Source of the DNA: an uncultured Chloroflexia bacterium
GTDB lineage: Bacteria > Chloroflexota > Ktedonobacteria > Ktedonobacterales > Ktedonobacteraceae
Assembly (NCBI GenBank): GCA_963731975.1
Contig: CAVSXS010000007.1
Location: 76,479 to 140,478, forward strand
Length of the DNA stretch: 64,000 nucleotides
Direction: 5' to 3'
Shown: in pieces, positions 50,444-62,138 of the stretch
How positions within the stretch are numbered: position 1 is the first letter of the stretch
How the letters are laid out: the number at the start of each line of letters is the position of its first letter
The notes under the pieces: generated by a model
The model's database searches: none
What the model was told of the DNA's origin: nothing
The model's input: only the letters and a program-made list of their open reading frames with translations
Made by a program: the position numbers and the translations under genes

Positions 50444-51636
50444 ACTCGTTCGATCACGGTGGCGATGCCCTGGCCGACGCCAATGCACATTGTTGCCAGG
50501 CCGTAGCGACCGCCGCGCCGCTCAAGTTCGTGCAGCAGCGTGACGATCAGACGCGCGCCGCTGCAGCCGAGCGGGTGGCCAAGCGCTATTGCGCCGCCGT
50601 TCACGTTGAGCCGGTCTTCGTCGATTTCCAATTCTCGTGCGCATTGCAGCGCCTGCACCGCGAACGCCTCGTTCAGTTCTACCAGGTCGATGTCCTGCAT
50701 TCGTAGCCCTGCGCGCTGGAGTGCCTTGCGCGTGGCAGGGATTGGCCCCAGACCCATATAAGCCGGGTCAACGCCTGCCACGGCACTCGCCACGATTCGC
50801 GCGCGGGGACGCAGTCCCAGCTGCTCGGCATGACTCTTCGCCATCAACACCAGGGCGGCTGCGCCGTCGTTAATACTCGACGAATTGCCCGCCGTCACGC
50901 TGCCGTCCTTACGGAAAGCGGACTTGAGCGCTGCCAGCTTATCGAGCGAGGTGTCTGCGCGTGGCTGCTCATCCAATGAGACGAGCAGCGTGTCGCCCTT
51001 CCTCTGCGGGACGCCGACCGGCACGATCTCCGCGTCAAAGCGACCTTCCTCCTGCGCGGCGATAGCGCGCCGGTGGCTGCGCAGCGCGAAGCTATCCTGC
51101 GCATCCCGGCTGATCTTCGTGCGTTCGGCCACATTCTCCGCCGTTTCGCCCATGCTGAACGGGTGGTGCATGGCTGCCAGCTTTGGATTGATGAAGCGCC
51201 AGCCCAGCGTCGTGTCTTGCAGATTCATACTGCGGCTGAATGCGCTGTCGGATTTGCCAAGTACGAACGGCGCGCGTGTCATGCTCTCTACTCCACCCGC
51301 CACGAAGGTATCGCCCGCGCCCGTCTGGATGGCCTGCGCCGCACTGTTGACCGCCTGTAAACCCGAACCGCACAGGCGATTGACCGTCTGACCGGCGACC
51401 TCTAGTGGCAGTCCGGCCAGCAGGAGCGCCATGCGCGCCACGTCGCGGTTATCCTCACCTGACTGGTTCGCGCAGCCCAAGATGACATCTTCGATACTTC
51501 TTGAATCGATATTCGCGCGCCGCACCGCCTCGGCGATAACTAGCGCGGCCAGGTCATCCGGGCGAACATCTTTGAGGCTGCCCGCGTAGCGACCGATGGG
51601 GGTGCGCACTGCTGAGAGGATAACCGCGTCTTCCAT
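50440..51636 (-). CDS. acetyl-CoA C-acetyltransferase (thiolase II)
   Basis: 398 aa. ...[12 protein letters not shown]...[20 protein letters not shown]... Confidence 0.95.
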   Translation of the reverse strand: MEDAVILSAVRTPIGRYAGSLKDVRPDDLAALVIAEAVRRANIDSRSIEDVILGCANQSGEDNRDVARMALLLAGLPLEVAGQTVNRLCGSGLQAVNSAAQAIQTGAGDTFVAGGVESMTRAPFVLGKSDSAFSRSMNLQDTTLGWRFINPKLAAMHHPFSMGETAENVAERTKISRDAQDSFALRSHRRAIAAQEEGRFDAEIVPVGVPQRKGDTLLVSLDEQPRADTSLDKLAALKSAFRKDGSVTAGNSSSINDGAAALVLMAKSHAEQLGLRPRARIVASAVAGVDPAYMGLGPIPATRKALQRAGLRMQDIDLVELNEAFAVQALQCARELEIDEDRLNVNGGAIALGHPLGCSGARLIVTLLHELERRGGRYGLATMCIGVGQGIATVIERV

Positions 51637-51696
51637 TATGAGTTCCCTTCCGCGTGGCGAGGCTATGAGATCCCTTCTGGCAGGTATACCGACAAA

Positions 51697-52476
51697 CTAC
51701 TTTCCTTTGAAGTCCGCTTTACGTTTTTGGATGAACGCCTGCATCCCCTCGCGCATATCTTCGGTGGCAAAGAGCAGGAAGAAGTTCTTGCGCTCGATCT
51801 CCAGTCCCTCTTCCAGGGAAGTCTCAAAGGCCGCATTGACGGCCTCTTTCCCGAGCCGGATAGCGATGGGAGCCTGTGCCGCGACAACCTTCGCCAGTTT
51901 GATAGCTTCGGTCAGGTGCTCGCCCTTTGGCACGATGCGGTTGACCAGGCCATGCGCTGCCATCTCCTGCGCGGTGATCTGCGCGCCCGTCAGCACCATC
52001 TCCATTGTGCGGTACTTGCCCAGCGTGCGCGCGAGTCGCTGCGTGCCGCCTGCCCCTGGGATCACGCCCAGCAGGATTTCGGGCTGCCCAAAGCGCGCAT
52101 TCTCAGATGCCACGATCATATCGCAGTGCATGGCAAGCTCGCAGCCGCCGCCCAGTGCATAGCCCCCGACTGCGGCGATCATCGGCTTATGGATTTGCTT
52201 GATGCGCAGCCACGACCCGAAGCCGCCCAGCATCATATCAATGGGTGACTTATCGGACATTTCTTTGATATCAGCGCCCGCCGCGAATGCCCTGTCTCCT
52301 GCGCCGGTGATAACTATGCAGTGAATGCTCTCGTCCTGGTCGAAGGCGACCAGTGCATCGGCCAGCTCGCCGACGATCTTGTTGTTGAGGGCATTCAGCG
52401 CGTCAGGCCGGTTCAACGTCACGATTCCCACGTTTTCGTCGCGGTCGGTTAAAATATACTGGTAGTTCTCTGGCAT
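51697..52476 (-). CDS. enoyl-CoA hydratase (crotonase family)
   Basis: ATG at 52476 after GAGGAG. ...VGIVTLNRPDALNAL...VITGAGDRAFAAGADI...GGGCELAMHCD. Confidence 0.93.
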   Translation of the reverse strand: MPENYQYILTDRDENVGIVTLNRPDALNALNNKIVGELADALVAFDQDESIHCIVITGAGDRAFAAGADIKEMSDKSPIDMMLGGFGSWLRIKQIHKPMIAAVGGYALGGGCELAMHCDMIVASENARFGQPEILLGVIPGAGGTQRLARTLGKYRTMEMVLTGAQITAQEMAAHGLVNRIVPKGEHLTEAIKLAKVVAAQAPIAIRLGKEAVNAAFETSLEEGLEIERKNFFLLFATEDMREGMQAFIQKRKADFKGK

Positions 52477-52562
52477 AATGCTCCTCGCGTTACATGAAAT
52501 GGGACAATATTCTCCCGTGTCTAAGGACACGATTCATCGCGTCTCTCCAAAATTATATCATC

Positions 52563-53432
52563 TTACCCTGGCTGTACCAATTTCATTGCTCGCTCAAAGT
52601 GCCGTTTATCGTGTTCCCAATCCTCTTTTTCCTGCTCCAGGGTCTGGATAGGCGTCTCCAAAATGACGGTAGTATGCTGCAAGCGCGGGTCGCGCAGCAG
52701 AACACGCAAGCCCTCTTCGCCGATGATGCCTTCGCCCAGGCGAGCGTGTACATCGCGGTGGCTGCCCAGCGCCATAGCAGTATCGTTGAGGTGGATGACC
52801 ATGAGGCGTTGCAAGCCAATTGTCTCGTCGATCTGATCGAGCACCAACCGCGCCGATTCTGCCGTGGAAATGTCGTGGCCGGCCCCCCACAAATGCGCGG
52901 TGTCGATGCATACGCCCAGGCGTTCCCGGTAGTCAGGCAGTAGATTGAGGATGTCGCGCAATTGTTCGAAGCTGTGCCCAAGCGAGTTGCCCGCACCCAC
53001 GTCGTTCTCCAGCAGCAACATGACCTCCGGCGGAGTCTCCGGCAAAATGCGCCGGATAGCCTCAGCTATGCGTATAATACCAGCCTCCACGCCCGCGCCG
53101 CGATGACTGCCCGTGTGGAAGACGACGTAGCGCGCCCCCAGCAGCGGACCACGTTGCAGCGTCCAGCGCAGCAGCGCGACGGATTTTTCCCAGATGACCT
53201 CGTCAGGCGAGGCCAGGTTAATCAAGTAGGGTGCGTGAATAACAACCGGTTCGAGATCAAGGCTACGGGCGGCCTGGGCAAATGCGGCGCTATTCGCGTC
53301 GTTACCGCTGGGTGGTCGCCAGCCTGTGGGGTTGCTGGCGAAGATCTGGATGGCGTTGCAGCCGAGCGAGCGTGCCATCTCCGCCGCTTTGACGGCATTG
53401 GCGTGCAAGGGCATATGGCGACCGAGACGCAT
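52563..53432 (-). CDS. nfo: deoxyribonuclease IV (endonuclease IV, AP endonuclease family 2)
   Basis: 289 aa. ...LGCNAIQIFASNPTGW...VIHAPYLINLAS...VCIDTAHLWGAG...IHLND. Confidence 0.92.
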   Translation of the reverse strand: MRLGRHMPLHANAVKAAEMARSLGCNAIQIFASNPTGWRPPSGNDANSAAFAQAARSLDLEPVVIHAPYLINLASPDEVIWEKSVALLRWTLQRGPLLGARYVVFHTGSHRGAGVEAGIIRIAEAIRRILPETPPEVMLLLENDVGAGNSLGHSFEQLRDILNLLPDYRERLGVCIDTAHLWGAGHDISTAESARLVLDQIDETIGLQRLMVIHLNDTAMALGSHRDVHARLGEGIIGEEGLRVLLRDPRLQHTTVILETPIQTLEQEKEDWEHDKRHFERAMKLVQPG

Positions 53433-53437
53433 AATGC

Positions 53438-54082
53438 TTACGCCCCTTCTTCTGAAGTATCTTGTGCATGTAGTGTTCTTTGCGCTTCTCGCGCTCCCTG
53501 CGCGTCGTGTGACTCGTCGAGAGTGTCCGGGTGTGGCAATTGTTCCAGGCTGGTCAGGCCGAACTGCTGGAGAAAATCCGGTGTGGTGGCGAAGAGCGCG
53601 GGTCGCCCGACCGTCTGCGCGCGGCCAATCTCGGCGACCAGACCGTGCTGCACCAGGCTTGCCAGGGCGCGGTCGCTATTCACCCCGCGCACAGCCTCGA
53701 TTTGAGCGCGTGTGATGGGTTGGCGATAACCGATCACCGCCAGCGTCTCCAAGGCGGCGTTCGTCAGCTTCGCCGTCATAGGCAGACCCAGCAGGGCGGC
53801 GATATAGCGCGCGTTCTCCGGGGCTGTCACCAGCTGCACCTGCGTTCCCAGGCGCTGCAAGCGTATGCCGCGCTCCTGGCTCTCCAACTGCTGCGCCAGC
53901 ATTGCCAGCCCGTCGGATAGCGCAAGATCATCGACATCAAGCAGCTTGCGTAATTCGCTATATTCTAATGGGCGACCAGAGACGAAAAGAATGCTCTCAA
54001 TGACCGCCGCGACCAGGGAGGTCGTGGTCAGCTCTCCCCGTTCTCCCTGTTCTCCCTGTCTCTCCTGTAATTCCTGTACCAT
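53438..54082 (-). CDS. scpB: SMC-Scp complex subunit ScpB
   Basis: ...AVIESILFVSGRPL...TLAVIGYRQPITRAQIEAVRGVNSD...L...GRAQTVGRPALFATT. Confidence 0.92.
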   Translation of the reverse strand: MVQELQERQGEQGERGELTTTSLVAAVIESILFVSGRPLEYSELRKLLDVDDLALSDGLAMLAQQLESQERGIRLQRLGTQVQLVTAPENARYIAALLGLPMTAKLTNAALETLAVIGYRQPITRAQIEAVRGVNSDRALASLVQHGLVAEIGRAQTVGRPALFATTPDFLQQFGLTSLEQLPHPDTLDESHDAQGAREAQRTLHAQDTSEEGA

Positions 54083-54101
54083 GTTTTCCTACAATACTGT
54101 A

Positions 54102-55019
54102 TTATGGCTCAACTCTGGCATCCATAATCGCCTGCTTCGCTTCCGCCGCCGTCTGCACTGTGAACATCTGGCCGAGCAGCGTATGCAGCACCTCTGTGTC
54201 GTTGATGGCCTCAACGCGTGGTTCAGTATAGGTGTCAAGCTCAGGGAAGCGCATGTGGATCAGGTTCAGCAAAACCTCCTGCTGCTCCTGAATCCTTTGC
54301 TCTGTTGCCTGCTGCATACCCTGCTGCATACCCTGCTGCATGCCCTTTTCCATCCCCTTCTTCACGATTTCCTGGTAAGTCCAGGAATCCTCCAGAATGT
54401 CATCCAGCATAGCAAAACTCCTTTTGAACCACGACTCATACGGTTCTCTATTACTCACTAAGCCGCCAAAGGTATATGCTAGCGCCAACAACTCGATCTC
54501 TCGCGCCTCTGTCAGCTCTGACACCATCTCTTGTACGATATCGGGTGCTGTCCCACCTTCGGCCAGCAAAATGAGCGGATACAACCCGTGCATTCCTGAC
54601 TTTAGCATTGAACGCGCCGAAAGCCTGGTCATCTCAACCACCGTAAAATAGAAGCGGTGATATTCTTCTCCTTTGACGAGTCGCCGGATATAGGGCGATA
54701 CGGGCACCTGACCATCTCTTCGGAGATAGATCACGAACGTATAAACAGGCTGCAAGTCATTCTCGCTCGAAGTCAGGACGTTATACTGTAATAAACGATC
54801 CGGCATGACCATATGATGCCGTGATTGGAACTCAATATGCATCACAGCAGGTTGCCCATCCACGGTTATAGCATACAGGCCATCCGCGAAAATATTCCGA
54901 CTTTTCAATTCGGGCGATAACTCACGAACAAATACTCCGTCTTTCATCAGCCACGAGACGATGTGCTGTGGCTTCTCTTTCAGCAGCCGCTTTGCTGCGC
55001 TATCCCACGGACCAGGCAT
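54102..55019 (-). mobile_element. Rpn-family recombination-promoting nuclease / putative transposase (PD-(D/E)XK) with a DUF4351-like C-terminus
   Basis: 305 aa. ...FADGLYAITVDGQPAVMHIEFQSRHH... core, QQGMQQGMQQ repeat, and lower GC than its neighbours. No terminal inverted repeats seen. Confidence 0.7.
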
Positions 55020-55241
55020 ACATTAGAGACCCTCCTACCATGCTATTCTATCGAGAGTGTAGCATATCGGAAATGTCCTGTCGAGCATAGCCACGAGGAA
55101 CAGGGCGAAGGAAAAAGATGTCGTTTGACAAACATATGACTTGTAATGTATGCTCGAAGGAGAAAGAATTATCGGTCAAAGCCCCGGCAAGGTGGTCGGC
55201 GCGGCTTTGTTCATGATCGAAGAACAGAAACGGGTTGAGGA

Positions 55242-55519
55242 ATGCAGGCAATACTACGCACAATGCGATATTTTGAAATCGGCGCGCGGACGCTGGTCGC
55301 TTTGAGCGCGTTGCTTCTTCCTACCCTCCTCCTCACCCTCAACAGCCTCACCCTTAGGGGCCTTGCCAGTCTCGATGGGCTACAGAGCCTGGCAGGGCAT
55401 ACAACAAGGCTAGCCCCAAGCGCAGCTTAGGGAGAAACAAGGGGGCGCGACGAGGCACCCCTATCCAGAGTAGGTATCCTGAAGAGGGCCTTCCATCGAG
55501 CTGGGAGGCTCTCTTTTTT
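55242..55519 (+). promoter_or_regulatory. candidate leucine attenuator: Leu-rich leader ORF plus intrinsic terminator upstream of leuA
   Basis: ORF 55242/55263-55430 encodes ...LVALSALLLPTLLLTLNSLTLRGL.... The hairpin AGAGGGCC (55483-55490) / GGCTCTCT (55507-55514) runs into a T6 tract (55514-55519). Confidence 0.35.
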
Positions 55520-55613
55520 GTGGATAAGTAGGGAGTATGGCACTGCCGCAGCGCATTTGCGGCGCATTAGCCGGTGCCACTTATGTCACCAACGGTACAA
55601 CAAGGAGTGTTAG

Positions 55614-57332
<1,719 letters not shown>

Positions 57333-57333
57333 T

Positions 57334-57390
57334 GTTCTACGAACAGGCAGCAGGGCAACCAATGGTTGCCCTGCTGCCTGTTCGTAGAAC
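57334..57390. terminator. perfect 27-bp-stem hairpin between convergent leuA and the FHA gene
   Basis: GTTCTACGAACAGGCAGCAGGGCAACC-AAT-GGTTGCCCTGCTGCCTGTTCGTAGAAC fills 57 of the 61 intergenic nt. Confidence 0.7.
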
Positions 57391-57393
57391 ACT

Positions 57394-58470
57394 TTACAAC
57401 CCCGCCTGGGTCGGAACGGGTGTGGGGCTGGACTTCTGCGGGTTAACCTTCCACGTCCCGTTTTCCTGGATAAGCGTTATATTCTCGTTGATTGGCGGAA
57501 CGATGGTGTCGCCGACGACGAAGCGCAGGGCAGCTGTCGCGGTTGAGCCGCTCAGTTGCACGCTACTGAAGGTGCAGTTCTTGATCCCTCCCACGATTGG
57601 CCTGTTCAGTTGTTGCATTCCTTGAGAGATCTTTGCCACGCTGGTCAGGCTCTGCGAACGCGTTGAAAGCTGGTTGTAGACTCCCTGCGCGTCGCTGTTC
57701 TGCCAGGCTGTACAATAGGCTGTGAGCGTCTTTTCGGGCGTGGAACGGTTGGCGTAGAGGTAGCCGCCGACCGCGCCTCCCACAATCACCAGCAGCAGCA
57801 CGATGACGCCAACGACGAGGCCGGTGCGGCGTTTCTTTTTGGACGGCGCGACGGGAACGGGAACGCCGATCTGTCCTGGTGCAGCGTTCCACTGCTGCGG
57901 ATACGGCGGTGGCACAGGCGGCATCGGTGGCGCAGGATAGGCCGGTTGTTGTGGGTATCCAGGTTGAGAGTACCCCTGCTGTGGGTATCCCTGGGAATAC
58001 GCCTGTGGCTGGTAGTCCGGCAGAGAGGGCTGTCCATAATTCGAGTTCGGTTGCTGGTAGTCGGGATAGCTGGGTGGCGCGGAAGGATAGTCTGGCGACG
58101 AAACAACAGGCGGTCCGGCCACCGTCGGCGCGTATCCCGCGTTGATATACTCGCTTGTAGCCGCTCGCATGGTTGCGTCATTCGAGTCGGCCACTTCATA
58201 TGTCAGGCTAGTCGTTCCGATGCGGATCGTGTCTCCTGAGATGAGAGGGCGTGGCACCTGTGGGGGGAGGCGCTGCTCATTCACAAAGGTTCCATTGGTG
58301 CTGTTCAGATCGACAATCGCATACTCCTGCCCTATAGGGCGAATTTCGGCATGGTGTGAGGAAGATTGCGGATCGGCTATCGCCAGGCTGTTATCTGTCG
58401 CCCTACCAATCGTCAGTGGGGTTTCGGTAAGAGGAATAGTTCCCAGGGAGCCTATCAAACTGGCTTGCAT
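57394..58470 (-). CDS. FHA-domain protein with a P/Q/Y-rich linker, one TM helix and an extracytoplasmic NTF2-like/DUF4878-like domain
   Basis: 358 aa. N-terminal FHA LTIGRATDNSLAIADPQSSSHHAEI...LNSTNGTFVNEQRL. ATG after AAGGAG. Confidence 0.88.
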   Translation of the reverse strand: MQASLIGSLGTIPLTETPLTIGRATDNSLAIADPQSSSHHAEIRPIGQEYAIVDLNSTNGTFVNEQRLPPQVPRPLISGDTIRIGTTSLTYEVADSNDATMRAATSEYINAGYAPTVAGPPVVSSPDYPSAPPSYPDYQQPNSNYGQPSLPDYQPQAYSQGYPQQGYSQPGYPQQPAYPAPPMPPVPPPYPQQWNAAPGQIGVPVPVAPSKKKRRTGLVVGVIVLLLVIVGGAVGGYLYANRSTPEKTLTAYCTAWQNSDAQGVYNQLSTRSQSLTSVAKISQGMQQLNRPIVGGIKNCTFSSVQLSGSTATAALRFVVGDTIVPPINENITLIQENGTWKVNPQKSSPTPVPTQAGL

Positions 58471-58683
58471 ATCTTTCTCCTTATAATAATGGCTATTAGT
58501 TATGAATTGACCGATGCTAGGCAGGCCACCACAAAGAAATAATACCGCCTGCTATGCGTAGTGTATCATGTATCGGCCTACCTTGTCTGTTAAATATGCC
58601 ACATAGAGACAGCTATGTTATACTGGTCAGGGTAATGCAGGCGCATTCGAGAACGTTTATCAACACTTTGAAAAAGGTGGCAG

Positions 58684-59796
58684 ATGATAGAAAAAATAGA
58701 TGTTTCGCTCCGGCCAGAGTGCGTAATTAGCACAAGCAGGCTCACCAAAGCTTTCGGCAAGCTGGTTGCCGTGAATGATCTACACCTTGAGGTCATGCGG
58801 GGCGATGTGTTTGGTTTCCTCGGCCCCAACGGCTCCGGGAAGACGACCACCATTCGTATGCTGCTGGGCTTGATCCGTCCAACAGCCGGGCATGTCGTGA
58901 TCTTCGGTATGGACAATGCCTACCAGCTACCGGCCATCCTCGCGCGGGTAGGCGCGATTGTGGAGACGCCGGTCTTCTATCCATATCTATCCGGCAGAGA
59001 CAACCTGCTCGTCGTGGCCGCTGCTTCCGGTATGGTGTCCGGGAAAGCTAGAGCGCGGCGAGTAGATGAGCTGCTCGAACTGGTCGAACTGCGCACCCAG
59101 GCGAAGATGCAGTACCGCAAGTACTCGCTCGGCATGAAACAGCGCCTGGGCATCGCCGCCACGCTGCTTACCGACCCGGAACTGGTGCTGCTAGACGAGC
59201 CGACAAATGGGCTGGATCCCGTCGGCATGGTTGAGATACGACAGCTTATTCACCGGCTGACCGCGCTGGGTAAGACTATCTTTCTCTCCAGTCACCTCTT
59301 GAACGAAGTACAGCAGGTGTGCAACCGCGTCGCCATCCTTCAACGCGGCAACCTTATCAAACAGGGCGACGTGCGCGACCTGCTGCGCGGCAGTGAACAG
59401 GTGCTGGTGCGCCTGCGCAATCCAGAGGAGACACAGCAGGCAGCCGCCATTTTGCAGCAGGCCAGGGAGCAGGGCGCGGATTGGATGAGCGCGGTACGCA
59501 TCGAGTGGGATCGCTCGAACCAGCCCACACTGCGGGTTGATGCACCGAAGGCATATTCCGCGGAGATCAATGCGCTGCTGGCACACAGGGATCTATTCGC
59601 CGCCGAACTCCACCCGTTCGAGGGTAGCCTTGAAGAGGTCTTCCTGCAACTCACAACGCCTGCCAGCGTCCCTGGCGGCAGGCGAGGCATGGCCGAGATC
59701 GCCTCCGTCCCGGAGCCGCCAGCGGGAACAGTCCACTACGTGGCTCAGCCCGGCGCAATGATTGCTATGAATGACGAGAGGGACAAGCGCTCATGA
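58684..59796 (+). CDS. ABC transporter ATP-binding protein (ABC-2/DrrA-like) with a C-terminal extension
   Basis: Walker A GPNGSGKTTT, signature YSLGMKQRLGIA, Walker B LVLLDEPTNGLD. Confidence 0.93.
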   Translation: MIEKIDVSLRPECVISTSRLTKAFGKLVAVNDLHLEVMRGDVFGFLGPNGSGKTTTIRMLLGLIRPTAGHVVIFGMDNAYQLPAILARVGAIVETPVFYPYLSGRDNLLVVAAASGMVSGKARARRVDELLELVELRTQAKMQYRKYSLGMKQRLGIAATLLTDPELVLLDEPTNGLDPVGMVEIRQLIHRLTALGKTIFLSSHLLNEVQQVCNRVAILQRGNLIKQGDVRDLLRGSEQVLVRLRNPEETQQAAAILQQAREQGADWMSAVRIEWDRSNQPTLRVDAPKAYSAEINALLAHRDLFAAELHPFEGSLEEVFLQLTTPASVPGGRRGMAEIASVPEPPAGTVHYVAQPGAMIAMNDERDKRS

Positions 59797-60863
59797 ATAT
59801 CTCTTCCCACCTGCCTGCTAGCGCGGAGGAGCAGCTTCCTCCCCCTCCACACGGCACTTCAGTCGTGACGGGGCGGCAAAACTACCTGCTGGTGATCCTG
59901 AGACTGATCGGCATGGAACTCTATAAAATTCGCCGCAGGGCGCTGTCAAAATCCCTGGGAAGCATCGCTGTGGCACTGGCGATTATTCCCATGCTGTTCA
60001 TTGGCATAGGAACACTCGTCACATTGAACGCGCCACTCGACAGCTTTCAGCCGCCGTGTCAGGTTATTACCAATCCGGGTGGCGTACAGCCTCCTCCGGC
60101 TTCCTGCCCTACATTCACGCCAGCGCAGTTGGAAAGTGTGCGACAGCTCGCCGTCGAAGGGACTTCAGCGGCGCTTCGCCTGCCAATGTCGCTCAACATT
60201 GTAGTTGAAGTCTCCTTCGTGGTCGGCTCCATCCTGGTTATTACTCTATTCGGCACCGTCGTGGGAGGCGAATTCAGCATCGGCACGATTCGCCTGCTGT
60301 TCACGCGCGGGCCGACCCGCACGCAGTTTTTGATCGCCAAACTGGGCACCTTGCTGGCCATCACCTTGCTCGGTGTGACGGTTATGGTGATCCTGGGGGT
60401 GCTGATCGGTCAGGCGCTCAACCCCATCAGCGGCATTGCGCAGACCGGCGATTTCTTCAACGCAGGCTGGATGGGACACGCGTTTCTCTATGTCGTGTGC
60501 GCTATACTGGGTTGGCTGGTCTATGGTACCCTTGCCCTGTTCTTCGGCATCCTGGGACGCTCGACCGTAGCGGGAGTCGTGGGCGGTTTTATGTGGCTGG
60601 TGCTCGAATTGATTCTGGGGAGCGTGCTCACGTTGCTCGGCTCGCTAAGCTCGGGGCCGTTCGGCAACTTCTTGAAAGCCATACCTGATTACTTCATCGG
60701 CAATAATGTCAGCGCACTGCTTGGCGACCAGGCACATTATCTTTTTGGTTCCGATTCGCCGTCGCTGTCTGTGCCGCACGCACTACTGGTTCTGGCTTGC
60801 TATCTCGTCGCGTTCATTGGATTGGCCTGGTGGCTCAATAAGCAGCGAGACATCACGAACTGA
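59793..60863 (+). CDS. ABC-2-type transporter permease
   Basis: ATGA overlap with the ATPase gene. 356 aa with about 6 hydrophobic segments. Confidence 0.85.
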   Translation: MNISSHLPASAEEQLPPPPHGTSVVTGRQNYLLVILRLIGMELYKIRRRALSKSLGSIAVALAIIPMLFIGIGTLVTLNAPLDSFQPPCQVITNPGGVQPPPASCPTFTPAQLESVRQLAVEGTSAALRLPMSLNIVVEVSFVVGSILVITLFGTVVGGEFSIGTIRLLFTRGPTRTQFLIAKLGTLLAITLLGVTVMVILGVLIGQALNPISGIAQTGDFFNAGWMGHAFLYVVCAILGWLVYGTLALFFGILGRSTVAGVVGGFMWLVLELILGSVLTLLGSLSSGPFGNFLKAIPDYFIGNNVSALLGDQAHYLFGSDSPSLSVPHALLVLACYLVAFIGLAWWLNKQRDITN

Positions 60864-60887
60864 CGGCCCTGCACTGACTGGAAGCTT

Positions 60888-62123
60888 ATGCTCAACGTGA
60901 CGACCATCAAAGAATATGCCTACGCGCTCGGCTTCGACCTGGTGCGCATCACCAGTGCCGAAGCCTTCCCGGAGGCCGAGCGCATTATACAGGAGCGCAT
61001 CGCGCAAGGCTTGATGGATGGCCTGCCCTGGTTCACCGTCGAGCGCGCCAGCGTTTCCTGCCATCCCGACGCGCTCCTGCCGGGGGCGTGCTCGATCATT
61101 GCGCTGGCCATGTTCTACCTGGCGGAGCAGCCCGACGAGCCGGGCGACAACATCCCACGCGGGCGCATCTCGCGCTACGCCTGGGGAGATGACTACCACG
61201 AAGTCATCAAACCCAAACTCCAGCAGCTCGCGGCCTGGCTGCACGAATACGCGGGAGAAGAAACGCTCACCGTCGAGACACGCCTGTTCGTCGATACGGG
61301 GCGCATGGTGGATCGTGCTGTTGCGCAGCGTGCCGGGTTGGGCTGGTATGGCAAAAACACCAACATTCTGACGCACGGGTGGGGATCGTGGGTCTTTCTG
61401 GCCGAGATCGTAACGAATATCCCGCTCGTGGCCGGTGATGGCGCCACGGCCAGCCCATACGACGCACCATCGAGGGCCAGTTGCGGTAAATGCGACATCT
61501 GCTTGCGCGCCTGCCCCACAGGGGCGCTGCCCGCGCCATACGTGCTGGACAACACGCGCTGCATTTCGTACCTCACCATCGAGCTGCGCGGCAGCATTCC
61601 CCTTGAACTACGCCCGCTGATGGGTAACCTCATTTTCGGCTGTGACATCTGCCAGCAAGTCTGCCCCGTTAACATTGTGGCGGAGCGCCGCCTCGGTTTG
61701 CGTCACGACGGGAAGACAGCCTCCGCGTCCTCGCAGCTTGTACAATTGCGCCCCCGCGCGGAGTTTCGATCGCGCGCCGGGACGGGTAGCAACCCCGAAC
61801 TGATCCCACTGCTCGCCTTGACGGAGGAGGAGTTCCGCGAGCGTTTCCGCCATAGCCCCATTCGCCGCACGAAACGCCGGGGGTTACTGCGCAATGTCTG
61901 CGTGGCGCTCGGCAATAGTGGCGATCCACAGGCAGTTCCCGCGCTGCTCGGCGCGCTACGCGATGCGGAGCCGCTGGTACGCGGACACGCGGCCTGGGCG
62001 TTGGGGTGTATCGGCGGTGAGCGGTCCGCGCAGGCACTTCGCGAGGCGCTGGAGTACGAAGCCGATGAAGGGGCACGCCAGGAGATCAGGTGTGCGCTGA
62101 GCGCGTTAGGCGAAGCGCGATAA
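60888..62123 (+). CDS. queG: tRNA epoxyqueuosine(34) reductase
   Basis: 411 aa. Ferredoxin-type CGKCDICLRACP and CDICQQVCP. C-terminal HEAT-like PALLGALRDAEPLVRGHAAWALG. Confidence 0.92.
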   Translation: MLNVTTIKEYAYALGFDLVRITSAEAFPEAERIIQERIAQGLMDGLPWFTVERASVSCHPDALLPGACSIIALAMFYLAEQPDEPGDNIPRGRISRYAWGDDYHEVIKPKLQQLAAWLHEYAGEETLTVETRLFVDTGRMVDRAVAQRAGLGWYGKNTNILTHGWGSWVFLAEIVTNIPLVAGDGATASPYDAPSRASCGKCDICLRACPTGALPAPYVLDNTRCISYLTIELRGSIPLELRPLMGNLIFGCDICQQVCPVNIVAERRLGLRHDGKTASASSQLVQLRPRAEFRSRAGTGSNPELIPLLALTEEEFRERFRHSPIRRTKRRGLLRNVCVALGNSGDPQAVPALLGALRDAEPLVRGHAAWALGCIGGERSAQALREALEYEADEGARQEIRCALSALGEAR

Positions 62124-62138
62124 CGATTTACGAATAAC

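Noticed and set aside
55020-55613. T-box riboswitch upstream of leuA, and upstream of ilvE at 26513-26814.
   Set aside because: I could not find the conserved T-box sequence (AGGGTGGNACCGCG-like) or a specifier-loop architecture on the relevant strand. The leader-peptide model fits leuA better, and nothing convincing was found for ilvE.
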